A stretch of 64,000 nucleotides of DNA from an uncultured Chloroflexia bacterium (GTDB lineage Bacteria > Chloroflexota > Anaerolineae > CG2-30-64-16). The position numbers and the translations under genes were made by a program. Where the stretch lies: positions 256,001-320,000 of the forward strand of contig CAVZDU010000003.1 in the NCBI GenBank assembly GCA_963774265.1, read 5' to 3'. Below are positions 44,661-55,566 of the stretch, one piece after another. Each line of letters opens with the position of its first letter. Within the stretch, counting starts at the first letter, position 1. Below the pieces are notes generated by a model. The model was not told the DNA's origin. It searched no databases and saw only the letters and a program-made list of their open reading frames with translations.

Positions 44661-45731
44661 ATGAAGACGCTGCGTGTTGTAGTTCTTTTGAGCTTGACGG
44701 TCGTCCTGCTGGCAAGCTGTGGCGGATTGCCGCCCGTCTTTCCGGCATGCGCGCCGGCAGCGGTTGCGCCGGCTGAAGAAGCTGCGGCCGGTGCACCTGC
44801 GGAGCCCGCGGCTGTCGCACCGGCCGAGCCCACGGCTGTCGCACCGGCCGAGCCCGCGGCCGTCGCACCGGCCGAGCCCGCGGCCGTCGCACCGGCTGCA
44901 TCAGCCACCGAAGCTGCGGCTGCACCGGCCACCGAAGCTGCGGCTGGGCCGGTCATGGGCGCCGATCCGCTGGTCGGCGTGGTGTGGGAGTGGGCCGTAT
45001 TGCTGAAGGCCGAGCCTGCCTCGCAGGCGGTCGTGCCCAATCCCACCAGCTACACCGCAATCTTTGACGGCGAGGGTAATGTCCTCATCCAGGCCGACTG
45101 CAACCTCGCCCGCGCCACCTACACCCTGGAGAACGAGGCGCTGACCATCGAGATTGGGCCGCTCACCCGCGCGGCATGCACGCCTGGTTCGATCTCCAAC
45201 GACTTCCTGGATCGGCTCGGCCAGGTGGGATCATACATGATCGACGGCGATGACCTCGTCCTGCGGCTGAAGGAGACCGGCGACAGCATGCTCTTCCGCA
45301 ACGGCGGTCCTGCGGCCGAGCCTGTCGCTCCGGTTGAGCCGACTGCCGTCGCGACCGAGGCGCCCGCGGGCGCCGTGGCCGCGCCCCAGTTGATCGGCGG
45401 AACCTGGAACTGGGAGGAGTTCATCGACAACGCGGGAGTGCAGAGCCTTAAGGTAGCGGATCCCGCCAGCTACACCGTCACCTTCAACGAGGACGGGACT
45501 GCCGCGATGAAAGCCGACTGCAACCAGGCAGCGGGATCCTACGTGCTGGACGGAGGCAATTTGACTCTCACGGTGGGCCCGATGACTCTGGCCATGTGCT
45601 CGGCCGAGTCGCTCGGCGAGCAGTTTTTGGTGAACCTGACCAGCGTGGCCACGGTCGGCTCCAAAGATGGCAAGCTGCTGTTGGATCTGATGGCGGACGG
45701 CGGAACGATGATCTTCGCCCCGGCGAAGTAA
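44661..45731 (+). CDS. Lipoprotein with Ala/Glu/Pro linker and two META (HslJ-like) domains
   Basis: Lipobox LLASC; AEPAAVAP 24-bp repeats; two copies of ADCN...Y.L.G..LT..GP.T.A.C...S...FL..L. Confidence 0.85.
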   Translation: MKTLRVVVLLSLTVVLLASCGGLPPVFPACAPAAVAPAEEAAAGAPAEPAAVAPAEPTAVAPAEPAAVAPAEPAAVAPAASATEAAAAPATEAAAGPVMGADPLVGVVWEWAVLLKAEPASQAVVPNPTSYTAIFDGEGNVLIQADCNLARATYTLENEALTIEIGPLTRAACTPGSISNDFLDRLGQVGSYMIDGDDLVLRLKETGDSMLFRNGGPAAEPVAPVEPTAVATEAPAGAVAAPQLIGGTWNWEEFIDNAGVQSLKVADPASYTVTFNEDGTAAMKADCNQAAGSYVLDGGNLTLTVGPMTLAMCSAESLGEQFLVNLTSVATVGSKDGKLLLDLMADGGTMIFAPAK

Positions 45732-45769
45732 GCGACCCTGCCTTAGTCCTGTCACCGCGGGCAAAATAA

Positions 45770-45798
45770 GGCGCCGGAGGGTTTCCACCCCTGGCGCC
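45770..45798. terminator. Hairpin between convergent META and ppk1 genes
   Basis: GGCGCCGGAGGG ... CCCCTGGCGCC imperfect inverted repeat. Confidence 0.5.
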
Positions 45799-45810
45799 CT
45801 ATCTCTTGGC

Positions 45811-47949
45811 TCAATCCCGCACAAACAACTTCCCGTGCCCACCCTGCGGCGGGTGCGCCAGGAGCCAGGCCTGGCTGTCGATTTCCGGCTCGCCGGGCTC
45901 GCGGCCGCGGCACACATAGCTGCCGTCGGGCTGGAGCTCCCGGGCACGCGAGTTGTTCGCCAGCTCAACCGCCAGGACGCCGTCCCGCAGATACGTCCTC
46001 AGCGTCGGGTCCTTGACGGGGAAGATAATCTCCACGCGGCGATCCAGGTTGCGCGGCATCAAATCCGCGCTGCCCATGTACACCTCAGGTTTGCCGCCGT
46101 TCTCGAAATAGTAAATCCGGCTGTGTTCCAGGAAGCGGCCCACGATGCTGATCACGCGAATATTGTCGCTGAGGCCCGGTACACCCGGGCGCAAACAGCA
46201 GATCCCGCGGATGATCATGTCGATCTGCACGCCCGCCTGCGACGCAACATAGAGCCTGCGGATCAGCTGGTCGTCCACCAGTGAGTTCATCTTGAAGATC
46301 AGGCGGCCCCCGTGTCCGGCGAGCGCATGCTCGGTTTCCCGTTCGATCAGGCCTTCAAAGCGCTCACGCATGGAGCCGGGCGCAACGATCAGGGAGCGGT
46401 ATGACTCCTGGGTCGAATAGCCGGTCAGCGTGTTGAACAGTTCGGTCGCGTCCGCGCCCATCTCCGGGTCGCAAGTCAGCAGCCCGCAGTCGGTGTAGAT
46501 GCTCGCAGTGACCGCGTTATAGTTTCCAGTGGCCAGGTGTAGGTAACGCCGCAGCCCGCCGTCTTCCTTGCGCACCACCAGCGTGATCTTGCTATGGGTC
46601 TTTAGTCCCACAAGGCCGTACACGACGTGGACGCCCGCGGCTTCCAGCGCCTTGGCCCAACCGATGTTGCTCTCTTCGTCGAATCGCGCCTTGAGTTCCA
46701 CCAGGACCGCCACCTGCTTGCCGTTGCGCTGCGCCTCCATGAGTGAGCGCACGACCGGCGCGTTGCGTCCCACCCGGTAGAGTGTCACCTTGATCGCGAG
46801 CACCTGGGGATCGGTCGCGGCCGCCTGGATAAAATCGAGCACCGGCCTAAACGAGTCGTAGGGGTGGTGGAGTAGGATGTCACCCTTGCGTATCGCGGCG
46901 AAGATATCGTTGGTAGTCTTCACGTCGCGCAACTGAGGTGGCGCTGCCGGGACAAACGGCGTATCCTTCAATTCCGGGCGACTCAGCCCTGCAATTGTCC
47001 AGAGGCTGCTCATCGCCAGCGGCGGCTGGATCGAATAGACGTCCTCCGCGCTGACTTCCAGGTTTTCCATCAGCAGACGCACCATCGACTCGGGCATGTC
47101 ATGATCGACCGCAAGACGCACCACTGGCCCGAACTGCCGCAGCCGCAACCCTTCCTCGATGGTCTCCAGCAGATCGGGCGCTTCATCCTCCTGGATTTCC
47201 ATATCTGCATCGCGGATGACATGAAAACTGTACGACTCGACGATCTCATAGCCGGGGAAGAGCAGTCCCAGGTTCGCGCCGATGACCTCTTCGAGCCAGA
47301 CGAAACGGTGATCGGGCGTGACAGACACCAGCCGCGGCAGGGATGTGGGCACTTTGATCCGCGCAAACCGCTGGGTGCCCTCGGGGCCTCGCACGTTTAC
47401 GGCCAGATTCAGGCTGAGGTTGGAAATGTGTGGGAAGGGCCGGCCAGGATCGAACGCCAGGGGGGTCACCACAGGCAACACTTCGTCGACGAAGTAGGTG
47501 CGCAGGCGATCCTGTTCCTCCACCGTGAGTTGTCCATAATGGAGGATATCGATGCCTGCCGCCGAAAGCGCAGTCTGGATCTCCTCGTAGAAATAGCGTC
47601 GCTGTTCCTTCAGCATGGGCAGCACGAGGGCGCGCAGCGTGGTCAGCGTCTCTGCCGGGGACTTACCGTCCGACGAACCGCCGGTCACGCCTGCGGCCAA
47701 CTGGTCCTTCAGCCCCGACACACGAATCATGTAGAATTCGTCGAGATTGGTGCTGAAGATGGCCAGGAATTTGACGCGCTCGAGCAGCGGGTGGCGCGGG
47801 TCGTGGGCTTCGTCCAGGACGCGACGATTGAATTCCAACCAGCTCAGCTCGCGATTCAAATAGAGGGGCGCATTGCTGGGCGCGTTCTCTGCCGACGTCA
47901 GGATTCCCTGCGCGATTGTGGGTGTGGACGTGCTTGCCTCGACAGCCAT
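45811..47949 (-). CDS. ppk1: Polyphosphate kinase 1
   Basis: NRELSWLEFN.RVL, NLDEFYMIRV, LLHHPYDSF, VELKARFDEE, KTHSK, TGNYN, GRFLEHSR, SADLMPRNLDRRVE. Confidence 0.97.
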   Translation of the reverse strand: MAVEASTSTPTIAQGILTSAENAPSNAPLYLNRELSWLEFNRRVLDEAHDPRHPLLERVKFLAIFSTNLDEFYMIRVSGLKDQLAAGVTGGSSDGKSPAETLTTLRALVLPMLKEQRRYFYEEIQTALSAAGIDILHYGQLTVEEQDRLRTYFVDEVLPVVTPLAFDPGRPFPHISNLSLNLAVNVRGPEGTQRFARIKVPTSLPRLVSVTPDHRFVWLEEVIGANLGLLFPGYEIVESYSFHVIRDADMEIQEDEAPDLLETIEEGLRLRQFGPVVRLAVDHDMPESMVRLLMENLEVSAEDVYSIQPPLAMSSLWTIAGLSRPELKDTPFVPAAPPQLRDVKTTNDIFAAIRKGDILLHHPYDSFRPVLDFIQAAATDPQVLAIKVTLYRVGRNAPVVRSLMEAQRNGKQVAVLVELKARFDEESNIGWAKALEAAGVHVVYGLVGLKTHSKITLVVRKEDGGLRRYLHLATGNYNAVTASIYTDCGLLTCDPEMGADATELFNTLTGYSTQESYRSLIVAPGSMRERFEGLIERETEHALAGHGGRLIFKMNSLVDDQLIRRLYVASQAGVQIDMIIRGICCLRPGVPGLSDNIRVISIVGRFLEHSRIYYFENGGKPEVYMGSADLMPRNLDRRVEIIFPVKDPTLRTYLRDGVLAVELANNSRARELQPDGSYVCRGREPGEPEIDSQAWLLAHPPQGGHGKLFVRD

Positions 47950-48118
47950 AGGTGCATCCCCGGTGCCAGATGAAATGGTGTAATTGCTGGATTGTTTGAC
48001 GAACAAGATTGTAACGCAAGGGATAGCGGGATGGCAAGCCGGTGCTGACGCTGTCTTGGCTGTGATGGGCACGGCAAGTATAATGCCCCCAGGAACGACA
48101 TTCAACGGGAGGCGTCCG

Positions 48119-49835
48119 ATGATCCGCTCGGTCCCAGAGACCACCAGCGAAGGCATTGAGCTGTACATTCGCACCTACTACTCGCTGCTGCGTAGCTCGG
48201 GTGATGTGCGCATCCGCTCGCTCGAGGAGTCCCACGAGGGCATGAAATCGAGCATGCATCTGGAGGCCGAGTCCGAGGTCTTTGACACATCGGCCTTTAT
48301 CTACGCGGCAATGCGCCTGCCCGACTGCATCTACGAGATCCGTCGGATCGTCATGGGCCAATCGGAAGACGTGTTCATGCGCGGGGGCCTGCGCGACATC
48401 GCCGAATGGCAGCGCGTCGACGCTCTCGCCCGCCGCCGCCGCATGATGTTCAACGGTGTGGACATGCTCGCCGCGTTTGTCTCCAGCGTCTCAGACATCG
48501 ACGACCTGATTCCTTCGCTGACGGCCTACCAGATCGAATGGAACAAGCTTCACCGCCGGTTGGCCGCCACCCAACTCGGCCGCGATCTGGCAACGGGCGC
48601 GGCCCTTGCTTCGGAGTCGGCGAATGGCCTGGGCAACGCGCTTGGCCTATCGAACGAGGACATGGCACGGCTGCAAGGAGCCTGGGGCCAAAAGTGGGAC
48701 GCCGGTTGCGCACGCGGTGGCGAGCCATTTGCTGGATCTCCGGATTAACTCCCTGGCCAGCGGTTTCAACGATTACCGCAAGGCTGTCGAAAAGTGGTGG
48801 GAGGCGCTGCTCGAGGCCGCGGACGGCGCCTCGGTCACGTCCCGGCCGATCTACTTCGTGTCGTCCAACCCCCACAGCGTGACCAATCCGCTTTCAGGCT
48901 TTGCCCTGGCGCATCGCGACGAGTTGGTCGCGCTGGCGCAGGATGGCAATCCGGAAGGCCTGGCCGACGAATGGGAGCGCCTGGTCGGTGAGGACGATGA
49001 CGGCCCGCGCACCAATTTCCTTTATTACATGCAACGCTCCTACTTGCGGGGCGACGAGCAGCGGCAGGTCGCGTGGGCGGAGGCGGAGCAGGCCGTGGGA
49101 ATCACCCGATTCGACGAGCCGCCTGCGTTGAACATCAGCGCGCAGATCATCGAGCTGGCCAAGCTCAAGCCGGAGTGGTTGGACCCGCGACTCCAGCAAA
49201 AGGACATGGACCTGTTGCGGCTGAGCAACGCGATTATCGTCAACGTCGACTACCCGCTCGGGTTTGCGGCTTACCATCTGCTCTCCCAGGTGGCTTCAAG
49301 CTGCGCGGACCTGCTGGGCGTCTACATCATGGGCAAGGCTGCAACACTGAACGGACGTGTCGGCGATGTGATGATCCCGAACGTGGTCTATGACGAGCAC
49401 TCGCGCAACACTTTCCTTTTCAAGAATTGCTTTCTGTCGGAAGACGTCGCTCTGCATTTGCACTACGGCACGGTGTTCGACAACCAGAAATCCGTGACCG
49501 TGCGCGGGACCTTCCTGCAAAACCGCGATTTCATGAGCGTGTTCTATCAAGAGGGGTACACGGACCTGGAGATGGAGGCGGGGCCATATCTGAGCGCGGT
49601 GTATGAGGACATCTATCCGCAGCGCTACCCGATGAACGAGATTGTCAATCTGTTCATCAACGCGCCTTATGACATCGGTCTGTTACACTACGCATCAGAC
49701 ACCCCATACAGCCGCCGGCAGAGCCTGCTCAGCAAGAGCCTGAGCTATTTCGGTGTGGATGCAACCTACGCGTGCTCTATTGCTATCCTGCGCCGTATCC
49801 TCAGCGTGGAGATCGCGCGGCTGAGAGAGGCCTAA
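48119..49835 (+). CDS. Conserved hypothetical protein with C-terminal nucleoside phosphorylase/AMP-nucleosidase-like fold (possibly DUF6909), frameshift near 48710
   Basis: IELYIRTYYSLLRS N-terminus; IMGKAATLNGRVGDVMIP, LEMEAGP and LHYASDTP resemble PNP_UDP_1 motifs. Confidence 0.6.
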
Positions 49836-49838
49836 TTA

Positions 49839-49912
49839 ACCACAAAGTCACCAAGGCTCGAAGACCCATCATAGGCGCCTGGTGGGACTTCGTGACTCGG
49901 TGACTTCGTGGT
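49839..49912. repeat. REP-like inverted repeat between convergent genes
   Basis: ACCACAAAGTCACCAAG at ~49839 pairs imperfectly with CTCGGTGACTTCGTGGT at ~49896-49912. Confidence 0.6.
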
Positions 49913-49918
49913 GAAGAT

Positions 49919-50813
49919 TTAAGCTCGCAACGCGGCGCGCATCGCGCGGATGTGCTCAGGCGTGCTTCCGCAGCACGCGCCGATGATAGTTCACCCCGAG
50001 ACCGCGCATCTTCTGCGCATACTCACCCATGATCTCGGGCGTGCCGTCGTAGTGGATCTCCTTGTTCACGAACTTGGGCAGGCCCGCGTTCGATTGGGCG
50101 ATGACATACACGCCCTCAGGCTTCACACGCCATCATCTCAGAGACGATGCGTTCGATCTCTGCCGGTCCGTTGCCGCAGTTCGCGCCCATGACGACGCAC
50201 GCCCGAAGTCGTGAAGCGCCTTGACCGCCTGTACAGGCCTGATGCCCATCATCGTGCGGAAGTGAGTGTCGAACGTCATGGTCGCCGCGATCGGGCAGAT
50301 CGGAGACGGAACGGATGCCGTCAATCGCAGCCTGCATCTCTTCCAGCGCGCTCATCGTCTCGATCAGGAAGAAGTCGACGCCGCCTTCGGCCAAAGCGGC
50401 CGCCTGTTCGGCGAACGCGGCTTTGGCTTCTTCGGGCTGGGTCGTGCCCAGCGGGAAGAGGATCTCGCCCGAAGGGCCCGATGTCACCTGCCACCAGCAC
50501 CTCATGGCCCGCAGCATCAGCCACCTCGCGCGCCAATCGCGCACCCGCGAGATTGAATTCTCGGACGCGGTCCTGGTAGTTGTGTAACCCCAGTCGCAGG
50601 CGGGTGCCGCCGAACGTGTTCGTTGTGATGATCTGGCTTCCCGCGTCAAGCGTAAGCCTGGTGGATGTCCTTCACGACATCGGGCCGCTCGACATTCCAC
50701 TCCTCAGGCGAGCCGCCACTGGTCAGGCCCGCGGCCTGGAGCATAGTCCCCATCGCCCCATCGCCGATCACGGGCTCCTGATTCCGGTTGAGAAGATCCA
50801 GGAGCTTATTCAT
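49919..50813 (-). CDS. Homocysteine S-methyltransferase (stand-alone MetH Hcy-binding domain), frameshifted
   Basis: IGDGAMGTML, TNTFGG, VAGDIGP, FLIETM, MGANCGNGP, SNAGLP, IIGACCGSTPEHI. Confidence 0.88.
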
Positions 50814-51522
50814 GCACACCCCCTTCGTCCGTTGTACCTCTGCGTTTTTTCATCTCTTGCATCACGACGCGCGCGGCGTGCACCGCCTCGGCCGCGTCCT
50901 TGCAGTAGCGGTCCGCGCCGATGTCTTCGGCGAACGCACTGTTGAGCGGTGCACCGCCCACCAGCACGGTGATTCTGTCCCGCAAGCCGTCGGCCTGCAG
51001 CCGCTCGATGACCTTGGCCATGTACGGCATGGTGGTGGTCAGGAGGGCCGACATGCCCAGGATGTCTGCGTTTGTCTCCCGCAGCTTGTTAATGAACTTG
51101 TCTGCGTCCACGTTGACGCCGATGTTGTGCACCTCGAACCCGGCGCCTTCCCACATCATCGCCACAAGATTCTTTCCGATGTCGTGAATGTCTCCCTTGA
51201 CCGTGCCGATGACCGCAGTGCCGATCTTCGGTACGCCGGTTTCGGTCAGCAGAGGGCGCAGAATCTCCATAGCGGCCTTCATAGCGTTAGCCGCGCGCAG
51301 CACTTCAGGCACGAACAGGATGCCTGCCCCGAAGTCCTGTCCCACGATGTCCATGCCTGCAACCAACCCATGCGCGAGGATGTTGGCGGGCGGCTGCCCC
51401 CATGCCAGCGCCGTCCGAGTGGCGTCCACGACCGCGTCGGTCATGCCGTCGTAGAGGTCGTCCTGCATATTCAAGTAGTGTTCCTGCAGCTCAGCCGCCA
51501 GACTATCGAATCGATCTTCCAT
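50806..51522 (-). CDS. Cobalamin-binding (corrinoid) protein, MetH cap + B12 domain
   Basis: GMDIVG..F...LFVPEVL, GTVKGDIHDIGKNLV, MSALLTTTM, VGGAPL. Confidence 0.95.
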   Translation of the reverse strand: MEDRFDSLAAELQEHYLNMQDDLYDGMTDAVVDATRTALAWGQPPANILAHGLVAGMDIVGQDFGAGILFVPEVLRAANAMKAAMEILRPLLTETGVPKIGTAVIGTVKGDIHDIGKNLVAMMWEGAGFEVHNIGVNVDADKFINKLRETNADILGMSALLTTTMPYMAKVIERLQADGLRDRITVLVGGAPLNSAFAEDIGADRYCKDAAEAVHAARVVMQEMKKRRGTTDEGGVHE

Positions 51523-51523
51523 C

Positions 51524-51994
51524 TCACTCTTTCTTCAGTATGCGAGCGATCTGCGACAGATGTACCTCATCGTGAGCGCTCAGGGCTTCCACCTGGCTGC
51601 GCAATGTAATGTCCCCAAGCTCCTCGTGCACCGCGGTCCGCCCGCGCGCGAGCGGGGTCAGACTTTCGAGGAAACGGATCGTCTCACAGCGCAGCATGGC
51701 GAAGGTTTCGACCAGGATCGCGATCGGCGTCTCCGGGTCGTAGTCGCCTGTGATGCAGCTGATGGCTGCCACTTGCGGGTGCTCCTCCACACTGATGCGC
51801 ACAAGTCGAGCACGATAAGGTGACTCGACTGCGCATAGGTGCCCCACAATCTGGCAGACTGACCAGTCATCCTGGCTCTCCCGCGCGGCCGTACTATCGT
51901 GCGACGCATCTGATGTCAACGTGGCCAGACGTTCTGGCACAGATCGCAGCGCGTTCAGCAACTCGGCCCACGTCATCGAAGCAGGTGCAGTCAT
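51524..51994 (-). CDS. DinB/YfiT-like protein
   Basis: WSVCQIVGHL ... HDEVHLSQI. Confidence 0.75.
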   Translation of the reverse strand: MTAPASMTWAELLNALRSVPERLATLTSDASHDSTAARESQDDWSVCQIVGHLCAVESPYRARLVRISVEEHPQVAAISCITGDYDPETPIAILVETFAMLRCETIRFLESLTPLARGRTAVHEELGDITLRSQVEALSAHDEVHLSQIARILKKE

Positions 51995-51996
51995 CT

Positions 51997-54175
51997 TTAT
52001 CCTTCCTGTGTTCTCGCGACCGCTCTGGCCGCTTCAGGCTCAGCCACGCGCGGCCGTCGGTTGCGCCGCGTAAACACGTCGGACACCCCGCGCGCTCGCC
52101 GGCGGGCGAATGCCGTCGCGGTGATCTCGTTCAAGTGCGGGAATGCATGCGCGCCGTGTGGGATGGGCATCGCCTCCACAAAAGCCTCCTGGAAACGCGG
52201 TTCCATCGCGATGCCGATATAGTTGGTCCAGCGCGCCAACCGCCGCGCATCCTCGCGCTCTCCCTTATTGAGCAGTGCGATGCGTGCGCCGTCGCCGGCC
52301 GAGTTGCCCACGGTGGCCACGCGCGTCAGGTCGCAGTCGGGGATCATGCCGAGCACCATCGCGTGCACCGGGTCGATATAGCTGCCGAATGCACCCGCCA
52401 GCAGGACACGGGTGACCTGCTCCACCCCCATCCGTTCCATCAGAAGCCGGGCGCCGGCGTATAGCGCGGCCTTGCCCAGTTGGATGTTGCGCACATCATC
52501 ACTGGTGATGACGATCGCCCGTCCCGTGCTCGACTCGTGCGGCCAGGCGAGCACGTACTCCGCCTTCGCGCCGGCCCAGCTCAACCTGGCATGCTCGATC
52601 TCAGGCGCAAACCGGCCGTCGGGCGTCAGCACGCCGGCCATGAATAACTCGGCCACCGCCTCGATGATGCCCGACCCGCAGATGCCCGCGGCCAGGATCT
52701 GTGCCTGGCGCGCGCCGCTCCTTCCTGCCGTGGCGCCCATCGTTGTGGTCGTCGCCATCGGAACCCTCGTCCCCCACCTTCCTTCTTCCTTCTTCCTTCT
52801 TCCGTCCGCCTTCATCCGCCCACTGGTCATTCCACTCATCCCGCCCGATCACCTTGAACCGGCACTCCAACGTCTCGCCGTCGATCCGCACCCGCTCGAT
52901 CGCGCCCGGCGCGGCGCGCATTCCGTGCCGGATCTGCGCGCCCTCAAAGGCCGGGCCCGTTGGGCTGGACGCGGAGTAAAGCTCCTTGGAGTTGCCCAAC
53001 AGGATCTCGCCGTTTGTCCCAACGTCGATGATCAACCAAACCTCGTCGGCGGGCGCCTTGTCTGGCTCCTCTGCCAGGATCACGCCCACGTTGTCCGCGC
53101 CCACGTGGCCCGCCTCAAGGGGCAGCACGTGCGCCTGGGCGCCCAACGCGAGCTTCAGCCCCAGGTCGCGCGCCTTGATGTCCACCGCATCGCCGATCGC
53201 GGGGCCAAAAGGCGACTGTCCGAGCTCAACCGGCGGGATGTTCAGCAGGATGTGATGCATCACGCTGTTTCCCACCAGCACGATTTCGGTAATCGCTTCG
53301 CTCGTGATCTCCGCCTCGGCCGCGGCTTCCTTCGCAAGGCTGTTCAGGCTGCCGATGATCGCATCGTGCAGCGTCGCTAACCCTGCCGCACCGTTCAAGT
53401 CGCAGTAGCTGACGCGGCTCATCAGGTCTTCGCCGTAAGCAACCTGCGGGTTCATCTGGCTGGCTGTCGACAATATCTCACCGGTGCGAAGATTGCATAG
53501 GTGCATCGCGACCGTGGTCGTGCCGATGTCGACCGCCAGGCCGTACGCCTCTTCGACGTATCCGGGCTGCACGCGCACCGCTTCACGATCCTGCCAGACC
53601 GTGACCGTAACCTTCCAGTCTCCCTTGCGGATGACCTGTTGCAGCTCGCCGAGCAGCACAGGGTCGAGCCGGACGTCCTTCAATCCGAAACGGACCTCGA
53701 GCTCGCCTGCGATGCGATCCCAGTCGCCGAGTTGGTGCTCCAGGGTTGGCGGCTCGATCTCGACATAATACAGCCTGATCGCCGGGTCGACGACAATGGC
53801 GCGTTCGGTCGCAGCTTTGCGCACCACCTGCTTGCGCGCCTGGCTCTCCTCGGGCACAAAGACCATCAGATCCCCGCGCACCTCGCACGAGCATGCCAGC
53901 CGGCGGCCCGCCAGGGGGGATCCCACCTTATCCCAGTAGTGGGCCTCGCGGCCATCGGGTGGGGTCAGGTGGTCCGGCGACGACGTGATCCCGTGTTTCG
54001 GGAACGTCCCGTCTTCGACGACGACCTGGCACTTGCCGCACGTCTGGCGGCCGTTGCAGATGGATTCGATCTCGACACCCAGCGAACGAGCCGCATCCAA
54101 CAGGTTCGTGCCAGCCGCGACGTCACCCTGACGTCCGGATGGCTGGAAAACCACGCGATAGGTGTGTTCTGGCAT
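51997..54175 (-). CDS. ASKHA-family corrinoid reductive activator (RACo/RamA, DUF4445) with N-terminal 2Fe-2S domain; frameshift near 52750
   Basis: CNGRQTCGKC...RLACSC, AVDIGTTT, NPQVAYGEDLMSR, GHVGAD, IDVGTNGE, TGPAFEG, GICGSG, DVRNIQLGKAA, LAGAFGS, VGNSAG. Confidence 0.92.
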
Positions 54176-54368
54176 GACAACTCGACAAACAGGATGATGC
54201 GACAACCGAACCGGCGAAGCAGTCCAGAGGACGATTGTATGATAAGAGGGGGTGATAGGCAAGCGGCGCAGAAGTCGAAGCAACTTGCCGCAAGCACCGT
54301 CCTGTCCTATAATCTCCGAGGCTGCCGCATGTGTGCAGCCGGCCGTTGTTCTTTTCGATGGAGAAGTC

Positions 54369-55289
54369 ATGCACACGATCCTTCGCTCGGCCGCGGGCGT
54401 TGAGACCATCATCGGACCCGACCAGCCGTTCGTCATTATCGGCGAGCGGATCAACCCGACCGGCCGCAAGGCGCTGGCCGCGGAGATGCTGGTTGGCAAC
54501 TTCGAACGGGTCAAGGCCGACGCCCTTGCCCAGGTCCAGGCCGGCGCCACGGTGCTGGATGTGAACGCGGGATTGGGCGTGGCCAACGCACACGATCTCG
54601 AGCCAGTGGTGATGGCCAGGGCCATCGAGGCCGTACAGTCGGTGGTGGACATACCCCTGTGCATCGATTCTTCGGTGCCCGGTGCGTTAGTGGCTGGGCT
54701 GAAGGCAGCAGGCGGCCGGCCGCTGATTAATTCGGTCACCGGCGAGGAGGAGCGCATGGAAAAGGTGCTTCCGCTGGTCGCAGAGCACAGATGCGCAGTG
54801 ATCGCGATCTCGAACGACGAATCGGGCATAAGCATGGACCCGAAGGTGCGATTTCAGGTGGCTAGGCGCATCGTGGAGCGGGCGGAGCGCTACGGCATCC
54901 CGCGTGAGGACATCTTGATCGACCCGCTGGTCATGCCCGCAGGCGCGGTCCACGCGGCAGGACGTGCGGTGCTCGATATTCTGCGGTGGATCGGCGACGA
55001 ACTGGGATGTAACACCGTGTGCGGCGCGAGCAACGTGTCATTCGGCTTGCCCGATCGGGAGGCGATCAACGCAACGTTCCTGGCGATGCTGGCCGCGGGC
55101 GGCATGACCAGTGCGATCACGAACCCGCTCAAGCCCGAGCTGAAGAAAGCCGTGATGGCCGCAGATATGTTGCTGGGGAATGACCCTGACTGTCTGAGGT
55201 GGCTGAAATATCAGCGCCAGCTCGTCGGCGAAGTCACGAGCGAGCGCGAGGCGCGCCGCGCTGCAAGGCGGGCCGAACGCGACGGATAA
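54369..55289 (+). CDS. Methyltetrahydrofolate:corrinoid methyltransferase (pterin-binding, AcsE/MetH folate domain)
   Basis: IIGERINPTGRK, LDVNAG, PLCIDSS, LINSVTGE, IDPLV, GASNVSFGLP.R. Confidence 0.92.
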   Translation: MHTILRSAAGVETIIGPDQPFVIIGERINPTGRKALAAEMLVGNFERVKADALAQVQAGATVLDVNAGLGVANAHDLEPVVMARAIEAVQSVVDIPLCIDSSVPGALVAGLKAAGGRPLINSVTGEEERMEKVLPLVAEHRCAVIAISNDESGISMDPKVRFQVARRIVERAERYGIPREDILIDPLVMPAGAVHAAGRAVLDILRWIGDELGCNTVCGASNVSFGLPDREAINATFLAMLAAGGMTSAITNPLKPELKKAVMAADMLLGNDPDCLRWLKYQRQLVGEVTSEREARRAARRAERDG

Positions 55290-55355
55290 TCTTCAATCTT
55301 TGATTTTCAATCTGCAATTCATCAAGGGAGTTGCTGATTAGCCGTTGGCTCACCG

Positions 55356-55383
55356 TTGACGGATGAAAATGGGGGCGTAGAAT
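55356..55383 (+). promoter_or_regulatory. Sigma70 promoter inside the IS110 left end
   Basis: TTGACG (55356-55361), 16 bp, TAGAAT (55378-55383). Confidence 0.7.
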
Positions 55384-55389
55384 GGTGGA

Positions 55390-55560
55390 GACGCCCTGGC
55401 ATGAAGTCGGATGAATTACCTGGTGCCACGAGTCCGCAAGGGAGTTTGGCTCGAGTGCCTGCAGGCACCGTAGACTGTGGCCCTCCAATTTGGGGGAGTA
55501 CGCGAAGGAGACTCTTCGCATATCAGGCACTCCGCTGGGGCGATCACGAGCAAGCGGAGG
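55390..55560 (+). ncRNA. Candidate IS110 bridge RNA
   Basis: Structured non-coding segment with matches to the target flanks and to the element end (see findings); stem 55453-55461/55524-55532. Confidence 0.65.
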
Positions 55561-55566
55561 CGCACG

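Noticed and set aside
54176-54368. Cobalamin or SAM riboswitch between the divergent corrinoid genes
   Set aside because: No recognisable B12-box or S-box consensus by eye; an Rfam scan would be decisive.
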